64,000 nucleotides of DNA from an uncultured Candidatus Rokubacteria bacterium (lineage in GTDB: Bacteria; Methylomirabilota; Methylomirabilia; Rokubacteriales; CSP1-6). This document shows positions 9,732-19,448 of the stretch, one piece after another. Position 1 is the stretch's first letter, and each line of letters opens with the position of its first letter. Location: the NCBI GenBank assembly GCA_963754315.1, contig CAVWFS010000008.1, forward strand, positions 416,001 through 480,000, read 5' to 3'. The notes under the pieces are model-generated. The model was not told where the DNA came from. It saw only the letters and a list, made by a program, of their open reading frames with translations, and ran no database searches. The translations under genes were made by a program, and so were the position numbers.

Positions 9732-10826
9732 ATGGCGCCACGGCACGTCATCGTCTGCGGCGCCGGCGTCATGGGCGCCTCGGTGGCCTATTTCCTGGCG
9801 CGCCGGGGCGTCGCCGTCACCGTGGTGGAGCGCTCGGGTGTGGCGTGTGCCGCGTCGGGCAAGTCCGGCGGGTTCCTCGCCCTCGACTGGTGCGATGGGT
9901 CGCCGCTCGGTCCCCTGGCCCGGGCCAGCTTTGTGCTCCACGCGGAGCTGCCACGGCAACTCGGGACCGACTACGGCTATCGGCGCATGGACACCTTCAT
10001 GCTGGTGGCCCGCGAGCAGGGAAGCCCTGCCGGTGGCCACCGGTTGACGCCTCCGTCATGGCTCGACGGCGCTGGTGTCGTCACTGCCGCGCTCGGCTCC
10101 ACCGAGACCACCGCTCAGGTCCATCCCGCCCGGTTCACCGAGGCCCTGCTCGGCGCCGCTCAGGCTCACGGAGCTGTCCTGCACATCGGCCGCGTCGAGG
10201 ACGTGCTCCGGCGCGACGGCGCGGCCTGCGGCGTCAGGGTGGACGGCCAGACGATCGAGGCTGACGCCGTCGTTCTGGCCATGGGTCCGTGGACGGGCCG
10301 AGTCGCCGGACGGCTGCCACTTCCCCGCATCGGCGGGCTCAAGGGCCACAGCGTGACCCTGGCGGGGGCCGATGTTCCCGCCCACGCGCTCTTCGTCGAC
10401 TACCGTACGGCGAACGGCCGTCACCTGGAACCGGAGATCTTTCCGCGCTCCGACGGTGAGGTGTACGTGTGCGGGATGGCCGACCCGTCGCCGCTGCCGG
10501 ACTCGCCAGAGGACGTGGAGGTGAGCGCAATGTCGTGCGCCACCCTGGCCCGCGCCGCTGGCCGTGTGTCGACAGCGCTGGCGACCGCTCGCATCACTCG
10601 CCAGCAGGCGTGCTATCGGCCTGTCACCGACGACGGGCTCCCGCTAATCGGCCGTGTTCCAATGTTCGCCAACGTCTACGTGGCGACTGGCCACGGCCCC
10701 TGGGGGATCCTCAACGCGCCCGGCACCGGCCTCTCGCTGGCTGAGCTGATCACCGAGGGTGCCGCCTCGTCGGTCGATCTGAAGCCCTTCGACCCTGCCC
10801 GTCTGCCGGCTACGAGGCTCGGCTGA
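9732..10826 (+). CDS. FAD-dependent oxidoreductase, DAO/glycine-oxidase fold
   Basis: GAGVMG Rossmann motif, AASGKSGGFLALDWC, QVHP, CYRPVTDDGLPLIG, ATGHGPWGILNAPGTG. Confidence 0.88.
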   Translation: MAPRHVIVCGAGVMGASVAYFLARRGVAVTVVERSGVACAASGKSGGFLALDWCDGSPLGPLARASFVLHAELPRQLGTDYGYRRMDTFMLVAREQGSPAGGHRLTPPSWLDGAGVVTAALGSTETTAQVHPARFTEALLGAAQAHGAVLHIGRVEDVLRRDGAACGVRVDGQTIEADAVVLAMGPWTGRVAGRLPLPRIGGLKGHSVTLAGADVPAHALFVDYRTANGRHLEPEIFPRSDGEVYVCGMADPSPLPDSPEDVEVSAMSCATLARAAGRVSTALATARITRQQACYRPVTDDGLPLIGRVPMFANVYVATGHGPWGILNAPGTGLSLAELITEGAASSVDLKPFDPARLPATRLG

Positions 10827-10928
10827 GCTGCACGAAGCGACAGCTGGCGTCGCGCCACGGCTGTCGCTCCGCTTGGGCCATTCATTCTCGACCCGGACGG
10901 CTGACAAGCCCTCTGCGCTGGGCCGCGT

Positions 10929-13349
10929 TCATTGGCCGGCGTTTGCGTCGATGAACTCGTCGGCCTGGGAACGCAGGGTATCCGTGCTCTGATCGACCGT
11001 GAGGAGAAACGCGACGAGATTAGCCCTGTCGGTCGCGTTGAGAATGGTTTGGATGGTGCCGCCGGCCGTACCCAGCCCGTGAAGTGGGAACACCGCCTCG
11101 AGCGTTTGCGCCGCGCCGTTGTGCAGGTACGGAGCGGTGTATCTCAGCGAGAGCAGGGAAGGAACGTTGAAGCCGGCCGCGCCGAAGGGCAGCGCGCCGT
11201 TCTGGCGGATCTCGATGGGGTTAGTGGGAATGAACGTCCCCACATTTTCCAGATACTTGAAGATATTCGACCCGATCGTGAGCTGAGTGATCTGGGCGGC
11301 AATGTTGGTCACCCCCGGGTCGAGGGGGGTACCACCCAGGGCGGGGTCACGATTGAAGGCCGGATTGTCGCGGTGAAGAATTGTGCTCTTCGTCCACTTG
11401 GGGCCGCCGTGGCAGGACGCGCAGTTGGCCTGGAAGACGGTGCGCCCCGCCGAGGCGGCGGCTGGACTGGCGGCCGCGGGGGCCCGAAGCGAACGTACCG
11501 CGAGGGCGATCCAGAAGGTCTGGGCGTCGAGGGCGTCGCTGACACCGAACACCGGGCCGTGGTCATAGACCGAGGCCGGGTCGTCGGCGAAGCCGATGCC
11601 GCCCTGGACGGCGCGCGAGTTCTGGTTGAAGTCTGTATTGCTCCCGCGGTTGAAGGACCACAGGATGCCCCGCTGGTCGAGCTGGTTGTGCTTGCTGTAG
11701 GTGCCGTCGAGAGGGATCGTCGACCGCGGGCCGGCGGCAAAGATCCAGGTGACGTTGTCCGAGAGCCCCTCCGGGTGGCAGGATGCGCATGAGCTCCACG
11801 CATCTCTCGACTGCTTGCCACGGAACTGGAGCGGGTCGAAGTTGCGGATGGGGGTGTCGAAGATGCCGTTGTTGGGGATGCCGAGGGCCGTGAAGAAGGC
11901 GAGCTTGCCCACGAGGATCGCGTGCTCGATGGTCCCTGGCCCCGGCGGGGTGCCGGACGGGAAGTCTCGGGTGATGAGGGTGTTCGTGTTCAGATTGATG
12001 ATGCTGACCGAGACGTTGACCTCGTTGTTGACATATGCGCGCAGACCGCCTTGGGAGTCTTCCCGGATGACGACCCCGTTGGGGATGTTGCCCACCTGGA
12101 AGCGTGTCAGCGCCGTTGGTCCCCCGCCGCCGCACACGAGCTGGTTGCCGCCACGACTGATCCCGCAGATTCGGCTGGCGTCGGCAGTGGCATCCAGGGC
12201 GACGACGTCGTTGAGGAAGGTCCTGAGCAGGCTGGTGGTAGGATTCGCGGGCGCCGGTTCGAGGTCCACGAGAGTGTTGACGTTCAGCGCCGCCACCTGG
12301 GCGCGCGAGGGGATGTCGACGAGGTGCAAGAGGGCCTGGACGTTGGTGTTGAAGTTGATGTTCTGCACGGGAGGCTCCGGCTGAGCCCCGATACTCAGGA
12401 CGAAGAGCTGGGTCCCTCGGATCAAGAGCGCGCCCAGCTGATTGGGGAACACGCCCTGCGGGTCTTGGACGATGATGGCACTGCCGGCCGGCGCCGTGGT
12501 GTCCGGGCAGAACGTGTTGTTGACGGCGGCGGGATTGAGGTGGGTACAGAGGTTCGTGCGATTGGCGGTGAAGCCGGAGTTAGCCAAGGGCTGCAGGTTG
12601 ATCCGTAAGGGGGGTGAGGCGGATCCGACCAAGAACGACAGGACGACGCCTTGCTTGCCGTTGTCGAATCCTTCTCCCGGACCGCCCGGGATCAACTCGG
12701 CGAAGAACAACGACACGAAGACCGTCTCGTCCACGTCGATCGGGTCACCATTGTTGGTGATGGCGATGGCCTCCGGATTGCCGCCCACGTCGTGGACCCG
12801 CAGGATCGTCCGGAGCTGTGGAGATATCTCGAAGACCTTGCCGGTGAAATCGGCCACGTAGAGCCTTGACGCGTTCGGCGTCAGCGCGCAGCCGCGCAGC
12901 TCGGTGCCCACGGCAATCTCGGCCACCACGTTCGGAGTGTCGGCGAGGCTGATGACGGAGACGGTCCCGTTGCCCGAGCTCGTCACGTAGGCCTCGCCGT
13001 CGTTAGGACTGACGGCCACGCAGCGAGGTTCCGGGCCCACCGAGACCTCCCCGAGCTTCACCGGGGGATCTACGTCGACCAGAAAGGGGATTATCCCGAA
13101 GAGGAACTCCACTCTACCCACCTGGATGACGGAAACGCTGTTCGTCTCTCGGTTGGCGACCACGATCCGGGTGCCATCGTTCGTGAGGGCGATCGTCGTC
13201 GATCGCGATGGCCTCGTCAGGGTGAGTCCATTCGATCGCGCCGGGCGGGAGACGGCGAGGCCCCCGAGCACGACCACCGCTCCCAAGGCGACAAGGCATG
13301 CCTTGCGTCCACTGCTCGATCGACACACGGAGAACACGGCGCGACTCAT
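10929..13349 (-). CDS. Secreted YVTN/YncE-like beta-propeller fused to a di-haem cytochrome c (peroxidase/MauG-like C-terminus)
   Basis: Signal peptide; propeller repeats (VANRETNSVSVI, VGPEPRCVAVSP..YV, VGGNPEAIAI); CASCH at 11775-11789 and 11409-11423; FNVPSLL…APYLHNG. Confidence 0.8.
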   Translation of the reverse strand: MSRAVFSVCRSSSGRKACLVALGAVVVLGGLAVSRPARSNGLTLTRPSRSTTIALTNDGTRIVVANRETNSVSVIQVGRVEFLFGIIPFLVDVDPPVKLGEVSVGPEPRCVAVSPNDGEAYVTSSGNGTVSVISLADTPNVVAEIAVGTELRGCALTPNASRLYVADFTGKVFEISPQLRTILRVHDVGGNPEAIAITNNGDPIDVDETVFVSLFFAELIPGGPGEGFDNGKQGVVLSFLVGSASPPLRINLQPLANSGFTANRTNLCTHLNPAAVNNTFCPDTTAPAGSAIIVQDPQGVFPNQLGALLIRGTQLFVLSIGAQPEPPVQNINFNTNVQALLHLVDIPSRAQVAALNVNTLVDLEPAPANPTTSLLRTFLNDVVALDATADASRICGISRGGNQLVCGGGGPTALTRFQVGNIPNGVVIREDSQGGLRAYVNNEVNVSVSIINLNTNTLITRDFPSGTPPGPGTIEHAILVGKLAFFTALGIPNNGIFDTPIRNFDPLQFRGKQSRDAWSSCASCHPEGLSDNVTWIFAAGPRSTIPLDGTYSKHNQLDQRGILWSFNRGSNTDFNQNSRAVQGGIGFADDPASVYDHGPVFGVSDALDAQTFWIALAVRSLRAPAAASPAAASAGRTVFQANCASCHGGPKWTKSTILHRDNPAFNRDPALGGTPLDPGVTNIAAQITQLTIGSNIFKYLENVGTFIPTNPIEIRQNGALPFGAAGFNVPSLLSLRYTAPYLHNGAAQTLEAVFPLHGLGTAGGTIQTILNATDRANLVAFLLTVDQSTDTLRSQADEFIDANAGQ

Positions 13350-13542
13350 GGCGTCTCCTCCTGCGATGGACCAGATTGCGTTTCCGCCTCAGCTCAGGCT
13401 CCGACACGAGCTTAGGGCAACGGCGCGTCCGCAGTCACAAAATCTGAGTAAGAATTCGGTAAGAGGTGCGATTCGTCCATGATGCATCGCATCGTGCAGA
13501 CACGCTACCCCTTTAATATTGCGGGGCCACCCATGAATGCGC

Positions 13543-14553
13543 TCACCGGCAGGAGGGGAGCACCTGATCGCCGAACAGCTTGATGGCCTCCATGATCTTT
13601 GCGTGAGGTGGGCCGCCGGAGTGGGCATGCCGCAGGCGGAGCAGGAAATAATCGGCGCCAGTGGCCTCGTGCCAGCGACGGAACTCGCGCACGCACGTCT
13701 CGGGATCGCCCAGAATGAGCCGATCAGGGGCGAGGTTCTCCAGGGTGAATTCCGTGCCCGGGGGAATGTTGCGAAACTCTGACAGTCGATTCTGCCAATA
13801 GTAGCGATACGCCGCCATCACCTCGGGGCCGTACACGGCGTCAGCCTCGGCGCGAGTGCGGGCCACCCACGCATCGCGCATCAGGACCACCTGTGGTTGC
13901 CGGCCTGCCTGCCGGGCAGCCTCCTTGTACGTCTCGGCCAGGCGCACCGCGCCGGCGAGGGTGGTACTGGGAGTGCCAACGAAAGCGTCGGCCAGGACAC
14001 CTGCACGGCGTAGGGCAGCCGGGACGCTGGCGCCGATCCATAGCGGTGGTCCCGGCCGCTGGAATGGCTTCGGGCGAATGCAGACGTCCTCCAGCGTGTA
14101 ATGCTTGCCGCGGAAGGAGAAGGGCTCACCGGTGAAAGACTTACGGATGATCTCCACGCCCTCCTCGAAGAGCGCCACGCGGTGCTCCATGGCCACGGAG
14201 AACGCGCGGAAGTCTGCAGCTTGGTAGCCGATACCCACACCGAGGACGAGTCGGCCCTTGGAAACGAGATCGAGGGTGATGGCATCCTCGGCGATTCGCA
14301 CCGGATGATGAAGCGGCAGCAAGATGACCGACGTGCCAACGCGCAAGCGGCGGGTGTGGGCGGCCACGGCCGTGGCCACGATGAGGGGCGAGGGCAGGAA
14401 GCCGTCGGCGTCCTGGTGGTGCTCACCGAAGAAACACGAATCGAAGCCGCTGGCCTCGGCCAGCTGAGCCTCGGCGATGACCTCGTCGATCGCGCGGTCC
14501 AGATGCTCACCCCGCGGGGGATTGGCGATGGAGCTATAGAGACCGAATTGCAT
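13543..14553 (-). CDS. LLM-class flavin-dependent oxidoreductase
   Basis: GFDSCFFGEHH, HPVRIAED..LDLVSKGRL.LGVG.GY, PKPFQRPGPPLWIG. Confidence 0.92.
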   Translation of the reverse strand: MQFGLYSSIANPPRGEHLDRAIDEVIAEAQLAEASGFDSCFFGEHHQDADGFLPSPLIVATAVAAHTRRLRVGTSVILLPLHHPVRIAEDAITLDLVSKGRLVLGVGIGYQAADFRAFSVAMEHRVALFEEGVEIIRKSFTGEPFSFRGKHYTLEDVCIRPKPFQRPGPPLWIGASVPAALRRAGVLADAFVGTPSTTLAGAVRLAETYKEAARQAGRQPQVVLMRDAWVARTRAEADAVYGPEVMAAYRYYWQNRLSEFRNIPPGTEFTLENLAPDRLILGDPETCVREFRRWHEATGADYFLLRLRHAHSGGPPHAKIMEAIKLFGDQVLPSCR

Positions 14554-14569
14554 GGAGGCTTCCTCCCTC

Positions 14570-15616
14570 TCAGTCCAGCCGGTACGCGCGCCGGGCCGTT
14601 CCGCTGAAGAGCGCCAGCTTCTCGGCCGCCGACGCGCCGGCGGCGATGCGCTTGAACGCGTTCCACAGGGCGGCCCACCCGATGCCCATCTTCTCCACCG
14701 GGAAATTGCTCTCGAACATGCAGCGATCCGCCCCGAACAGCTCGATGCACGGCTCGATGTAGGGACGCCAGAGCGTGGCGAGGTCGACCGACGACGGCGG
14801 AGCGGCCTTCGTTCGATAGTCGTAGGCGGCCAGCCGCATCATCATGCCCCCCAGCTTCATGACCACGTTCGGGCACTCCGCCAGCTCGGTGACGCCCGCT
14901 TTCCAGACGGCGAACACTTCCTGGTGCTTGCCCGTGTAGGGACCGTAGCCGAGAGGGCCACCCACGTGGTTCACGATGATGTTCGCATGGGGAAAGGCTC
15001 GAGCCAGATCAGTGATGTCGGCCAGCTGCGGATGGAAGGCCCAGGCGTCAAGCGACAGGCCGAGCGCGGTCAAACGGGCGAGGCCGGCGCGGAAGTCCCC
15101 TTGCTGCATCAGATGGGGCCCATGCGCGGTCCGGCTGTTGCCGATCACGTCGCTCGTGTCCCACGCCGCCGCGTGTCGCACGCCCCGGAAGCGCGCACCC
15201 CCGGCCCGGATGTTCGCTTCCAGCACAGGCTCGACTCGGTCCCCGAGGGTGAGGTCGGCAAAGCCGACGATGCCGGCCGCGACGCGCGTCCTGCCATAGA
15301 GGCCGCTCTCGCTCATGGCGGCCACACCGGCCACGAACTCGGTCTGCCCGACGGGCCGCATGTCGGCCGGGCCGTGGGCGCGGTACATGGCATTGCATTC
15401 CACGAACACGGTGGCCTCGACGTTGTGTCCTGAGTTGACGTCGGCGAGAAACTCGTGGAGCAGATACCGATGGTCCGGACGCTCCCACAGATGATGGTGC
15501 GTGTCGATGATAGGCAGTTCGGCATCGAGAATAGGCTCGGCCGGCTGCTTGGCGAGCCATGCCTCGTCGGGCGCGTAGATCCTCCCGAACTGGGTCGGGC
15601 GCGTGGGCTCTGGCAC
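14570..15616 (-). CDS. Amidohydrolase 2 family protein
   Basis: IDTHHHLW, VNHVG, KLGG, FGADRCMFESNFP. Confidence 0.9.
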   Translation of the reverse strand: MPEPTRPTQFGRIYAPDEAWLAKQPAEPILDAELPIIDTHHHLWERPDHRYLLHEFLADVNSGHNVEATVFVECNAMYRAHGPADMRPVGQTEFVAGVAAMSESGLYGRTRVAAGIVGFADLTLGDRVEPVLEANIRAGGARFRGVRHAAAWDTSDVIGNSRTAHGPHLMQQGDFRAGLARLTALGLSLDAWAFHPQLADITDLARAFPHANIIVNHVGGPLGYGPYTGKHQEVFAVWKAGVTELAECPNVVMKLGGMMMRLAAYDYRTKAAPPSSVDLATLWRPYIEPCIELFGADRCMFESNFPVEKMGIGWAALWNAFKRIAAGASAAEKLALFSGTARRAYRLD

Positions 15617-15634
15617 CGAGTTCTCTCTGCCTCC

Positions 15635-16489
15635 TCAGGCGCGGGCCTGATGGATGAAGCGAGCACAGCGGTCGAGGACGGGCAACACCTCGTCGGCCTT
15701 GGCCGGCGCCACGTTGAAGACGAGGCGGGCGACGCCGGCGTCACGGTAACGCTTGATGAGATCGAGATCCTCCGTCACCCCGAAGATCGTGATGGGGAGG
15801 GTGTGGGGATCGCGCCCGGCCGCAGCAGCCATCGTGCGGAACTCGGGCAGGAGGCCGAGCACATCGCCATAGGCGGGACGTCGCGCATGGGGTACCCAGC
15901 CGTCCCCGTAGGCGATGGCGCGCCGCGCCCCGTACGGATAGGCCCCGCCGACGATCACGGGTGGATGCGGCTTCTGCACAGGCTTCGGCCAGGTCATCAT
16001 CGGCGGAAACTGCACGAACTGACCGCTATATTCCGGCTTGGACTTCGTCCAGATCACCTTCATGGCTTCCACCCGCTCCCGCATGACCTCGAAGCGGGAC
16101 TTGAAGGCCGTGCCGTGATCGGCCATCTCCTCGGCATTCCAGCCGGCTCCGATACCGAACAGAAATCGACCCCCCGAGATCTGATCGAGGGTGGCCACCT
16201 GCTTCGCGGTCTGGATCGGATCGCGCTGGACGATCAGACAGACTCCGGTCGCGACCTTCAGGGTGACGGTCGCCGCCGCCGCCGCCGCCAAGGTCACGAA
16301 GGGATCCATCACGTCGTAGTATTTCTTGGGCAGGTCGCCCCCTTGCGGGAAGGGCGACTGGCGAGACAGCGGGATATGCGAGTGCTCGGGCGCCCAGAGC
16401 GATTCGAATCCGCGCTCCTCCAGGGCCCCGCCCAGCGCAGCCGGCCCGATCGAGTAGTCCGTGAAGAAAATTGCCGCTCCGAACTCCAT
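15635..16489 (-). CDS. LLM-class, probably F420-dependent oxidoreductase (Rv2161c-like)
   Basis: GFESLWAPEHSHIP, DPFVTL, AKQVATLDQISGGRF, PKPVQKPHPP; start MEFG at 16489 after GAGGAGG. Confidence 0.88.
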   Translation of the reverse strand: MEFGAAIFFTDYSIGPAALGGALEERGFESLWAPEHSHIPLSRQSPFPQGGDLPKKYYDVMDPFVTLAAAAAATVTLKVATGVCLIVQRDPIQTAKQVATLDQISGGRFLFGIGAGWNAEEMADHGTAFKSRFEVMRERVEAMKVIWTKSKPEYSGQFVQFPPMMTWPKPVQKPHPPVIVGGAYPYGARRAIAYGDGWVPHARRPAYGDVLGLLPEFRTMAAAAGRDPHTLPITIFGVTEDLDLIKRYRDAGVARLVFNVAPAKADEVLPVLDRCARFIHQARA

Positions 16490-16604
16490 CTCTCTGCCTC
16501 CTCTCACTGCCCCGGTATCTGCGGCCCCCAGCATAACGGCAGGACCGGGGCTCGCGCCATGGCCCGCGGCGGGAGCACGCTATAATCCGCCCGGTGTGGT
16601 TCCG

Positions 16605-17822
16605 ATGCCCAGCGTGACCACGGACGAGCCGCTCCTCGCCGGCCTCACTGTCCTCGACTTCACGCGTGTCCTCGCCGGCCCGTATTGCACGCGGATGCTG
16701 GCCGACCTCGGCGCGCGCGTGATCAAGGTCGAGCGGCCGGGCGAGGGTGACGAGGTCCGGCGGGGTGTGCTCCAGCTGGAGGACGGCCGCGCCGATCAGG
16801 GGACCTATTTCGTCCGTATCAACGCCGGCAAGCTCGGTGTGGCCATCGATCTCACTGGCCCGCGCGGGCGTGAGGTGGTACGCGACATCGTCCGCGTGGC
16901 TGACGTCGTGGTCGAGAACTTCGTTCCCGGCGTGATGGCCCGACTTGGTTGCGACTACCGAGCGCTGTCCGAGGTCAAGGCCGATCTCGTCTACTGCTCG
17001 ATCTCCGGATTCGGCCAGAATGGTCCGCTCAGCGGGATGCAGGCATTCGCCCACATCATCAACGCGATTTCCGGAGTGATGGCGCTCGAGCGCGAGCCCA
17101 GTCCGCATCCGCGCGTAACCTATCTACAGGCAGCCGATGTGCTCGCCGGCACCCATGCCTTCGGAGCCATCCTGGCCGCGCTGCTCCGCCGATCGCGGAC
17201 GGGGCAGGGCGCTTACCTGGACGTTTCCATGCTCGAGTGTCTGGTGGCGGCCGAGGATGTCACCTACGGGAGCATCCTGAACGGCGGACCGGTTTCGGTG
17301 GGGCCCCGCGTCGGCATGGTGGTCCATCCCATTGGCGAAGGCTACCTCGCCCTGCAGACCGTGGGTGCACCGCAGCTGTGGCCTCGTCTGCTTCAGCTCA
17401 TCGGCCGACCGGAGCTCGCCGAAGATCCACAGTTCGCCACACCCGCCGCCCGGCGAGACAACTGGCCGACGCTCCGCGACATCATCACCGGCTGGCTCGG
17501 TCGGTTCGCGAAGGTCGACGAGGCGGTAGCGACCCTCACCGCAGCCCGCATCCCTGCCGTGCCGGTCCTGTCGCCGGAGGAAGTGGTCAACCATCCGCAC
17601 CTGGCCGCCCGCGGGGCCTTCCCGACGGTGCCTCATCCGGGGCGCGGCACGGTGCGGGTCACGGCGACGCCGTTCCACGTGGATGGCCGGCCGTCGAAAC
17701 CCGGTGGTCCCGCACCCTATCGGGTGGGCGAGCACACCAGGCAAGTCTTGCGCGATGTGCTCGGCTATGACCCGACTCGGATCGCGGAGCTCGAGCGGGC
17801 CGGTGTGATCCAGACCGCGTAG
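16605..17822 (+). CDS. CoA-transferase family III (CaiB/BaiF)
   Basis: DFTRVLAGPYCT..LADLGARVIKVE, VENFVPG, SISGFGQNGP, ADVLAG; TATAAT at 16581-16586 upstream. Confidence 0.92.
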   Translation: MPSVTTDEPLLAGLTVLDFTRVLAGPYCTRMLADLGARVIKVERPGEGDEVRRGVLQLEDGRADQGTYFVRINAGKLGVAIDLTGPRGREVVRDIVRVADVVVENFVPGVMARLGCDYRALSEVKADLVYCSISGFGQNGPLSGMQAFAHIINAISGVMALEREPSPHPRVTYLQAADVLAGTHAFGAILAALLRRSRTGQGAYLDVSMLECLVAAEDVTYGSILNGGPVSVGPRVGMVVHPIGEGYLALQTVGAPQLWPRLLQLIGRPELAEDPQFATPAARRDNWPTLRDIITGWLGRFAKVDEAVATLTAARIPAVPVLSPEEVVNHPHLAARGAFPTVPHPGRGTVRVTATPFHVDGRPSKPGGPAPYRVGEHTRQVLRDVLGYDPTRIAELERAGVIQTA

Positions 17823-17836
17823 CACGGGAGAACGCA

Positions 17837-18625
17837 ATGCCGGTCGCAGCTGATTACCTCGTCCGACTCTTTGGCCTGGAAGGGCAGGTGGCGTTCATCA
17901 CCGGCGGCGGCGGCGCCATCGGGGCGGCCACGGCCCGTGCTTACGCGCGCGCCGGCGCCGCGGTGGTCCTGGCCGACAAGGCCCAGGGGGCGGCGGAGCG
18001 AGTGGCCGACGACGTGAAGGCGCTGGGGGGCCAGGTCCTGGCCCTGAGCGTGGACGTGACGCAGGAGCGATCGGTGCAGGCAGCCGTGAAGGAGGCGACC
18101 CGCCAGTTCGACAACGTCGACATCCTCGTGAACAACGCGGGCATCAACATCCGGAAGCCGCCTCAGGAATTGACCGCGGAGGACTGGCAGACGGTTATGA
18201 ACGTCAACGTCACCGGCTACTTTCTCTGCGCGCGCGCGGTTGGGCCGGGCATGCTCGCGCGCAAGTCGGGACGCATCATCAACGTGGCCTCCATCATGGG
18301 GTTCCGCGGCAGCTCCATCACCACCAACCTGGCCTACAACACCTCCAAGGGGGCGGTGGTGAACTTCACTCGTACCTTGGCCGGTGAGTGGGCGCCCCAC
18401 GGTGTCCGCGTCAACGGAATCGCGCCAACCTACCTGCTGACCCCGCTTACCGAGAAGCTACTCTCCGATCCAGCTGTCCACGCGAAAATCGTGGCGCGCA
18501 CGCCCATGGGCACGGTGGGGGAGCCCGAGGATCTGGTCGGAGCCATGCTATTTCTCGGCTCTCATGCCTCCCGCCTCGTGACCGGACACATCATGGCAGT
18601 GGACGGCGGCTGGCTCGCCTGGTAG
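17837..18625 (+). CDS. Short-chain dehydrogenase/reductase
   Basis: TGGGGAIG, NNAG, YNTSK. Confidence 0.93.
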   Translation: MPVAADYLVRLFGLEGQVAFITGGGGAIGAATARAYARAGAAVVLADKAQGAAERVADDVKALGGQVLALSVDVTQERSVQAAVKEATRQFDNVDILVNNAGINIRKPPQELTAEDWQTVMNVNVTGYFLCARAVGPGMLARKSGRIINVASIMGFRGSSITTNLAYNTSKGAVVNFTRTLAGEWAPHGVRVNGIAPTYLLTPLTEKLLSDPAVHAKIVARTPMGTVGEPEDLVGAMLFLGSHASRLVTGHIMAVDGGWLAW

Positions 18626-18685
18626 CGGTCCAGGTTCTCAGGAGGTGGGAAGGCAGCTAACATCGGGTGGACCAAGGAGGAGACC

Positions 18686-19435
18686 ATGAGACTGGCGAAC
18701 AAGGTAGCGCTCATCAGCGGGGGCGCGAGCGGCATGGGACGCAGCGAGGCGACCATCTTCGCCCAGGAGGGCGCCAGAGTCGCCATCGGGGACATTCTCG
18801 AAGCGGAGGGGCGCGACGTCGTCGATCACATCACCAAGGCTGGCGGCCAAGCTCGCTTCGTCAAGCTCGACGTCACCAGCGAAGCCTCGTGGCAAGCCGC
18901 GGTACAAGCGGCGGTGACGGCGTTCGGCAAGCTCGACATCCTGGTGAACAACGCCGGGATCAGCGGCTCCGGCCCCGACACCATGAGCGTGACGGTCTGG
19001 GATACGGTCATGGATATCAACGCCAAGGGCGTCTTTCTGGGGATGAAGTACGCAATTCCCGCCATGCAGCGGGCCGGGGGAGGGGCGATCGTCAACATCT
19101 CGTCGATTTCCGGCTTCGTCGGCCAAAACCGTATTCATATGGCCTACAACGCCTCCAAGGGCGCCGTGCGCATCATGACCAAGTCGGCTGCCGTGCAGTA
19201 TGCCGAGGCCGGCATCCGCGTGAACTCGGTGCATCCGGGAGTCATGCCGCCCATGCGCACCTCGCAAGCCTCGGCCGATCCCGAATGGCGCGCGAAGATG
19301 CTACGGGCCGTACCCCTGAGGCGGGAGGGGCGAGTGGAAGAAGTCGCCAACGCCGTGCTGTTCCTGGCCTCGGACGAGGCCTCGTACATCACGGGAACCG
19401 AACTGGTCGTCGACGGCGGCCTCCTGGCCGTGTAG
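18686..19435 (+). CDS. Short-chain dehydrogenase/reductase
   Basis: SGGASGMG, NNAG, YNASK, NSVHPG. Confidence 0.93.
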   Translation: MRLANKVALISGGASGMGRSEATIFAQEGARVAIGDILEAEGRDVVDHITKAGGQARFVKLDVTSEASWQAAVQAAVTAFGKLDILVNNAGISGSGPDTMSVTVWDTVMDINAKGVFLGMKYAIPAMQRAGGGAIVNISSISGFVGQNRIHMAYNASKGAVRIMTKSAAVQYAEAGIRVNSVHPGVMPPMRTSQASADPEWRAKMLRAVPLRREGRVEEVANAVLFLASDEASYITGTELVVDGGLLAV

Positions 19436-19448
19436 AGGAGACGAGAGC

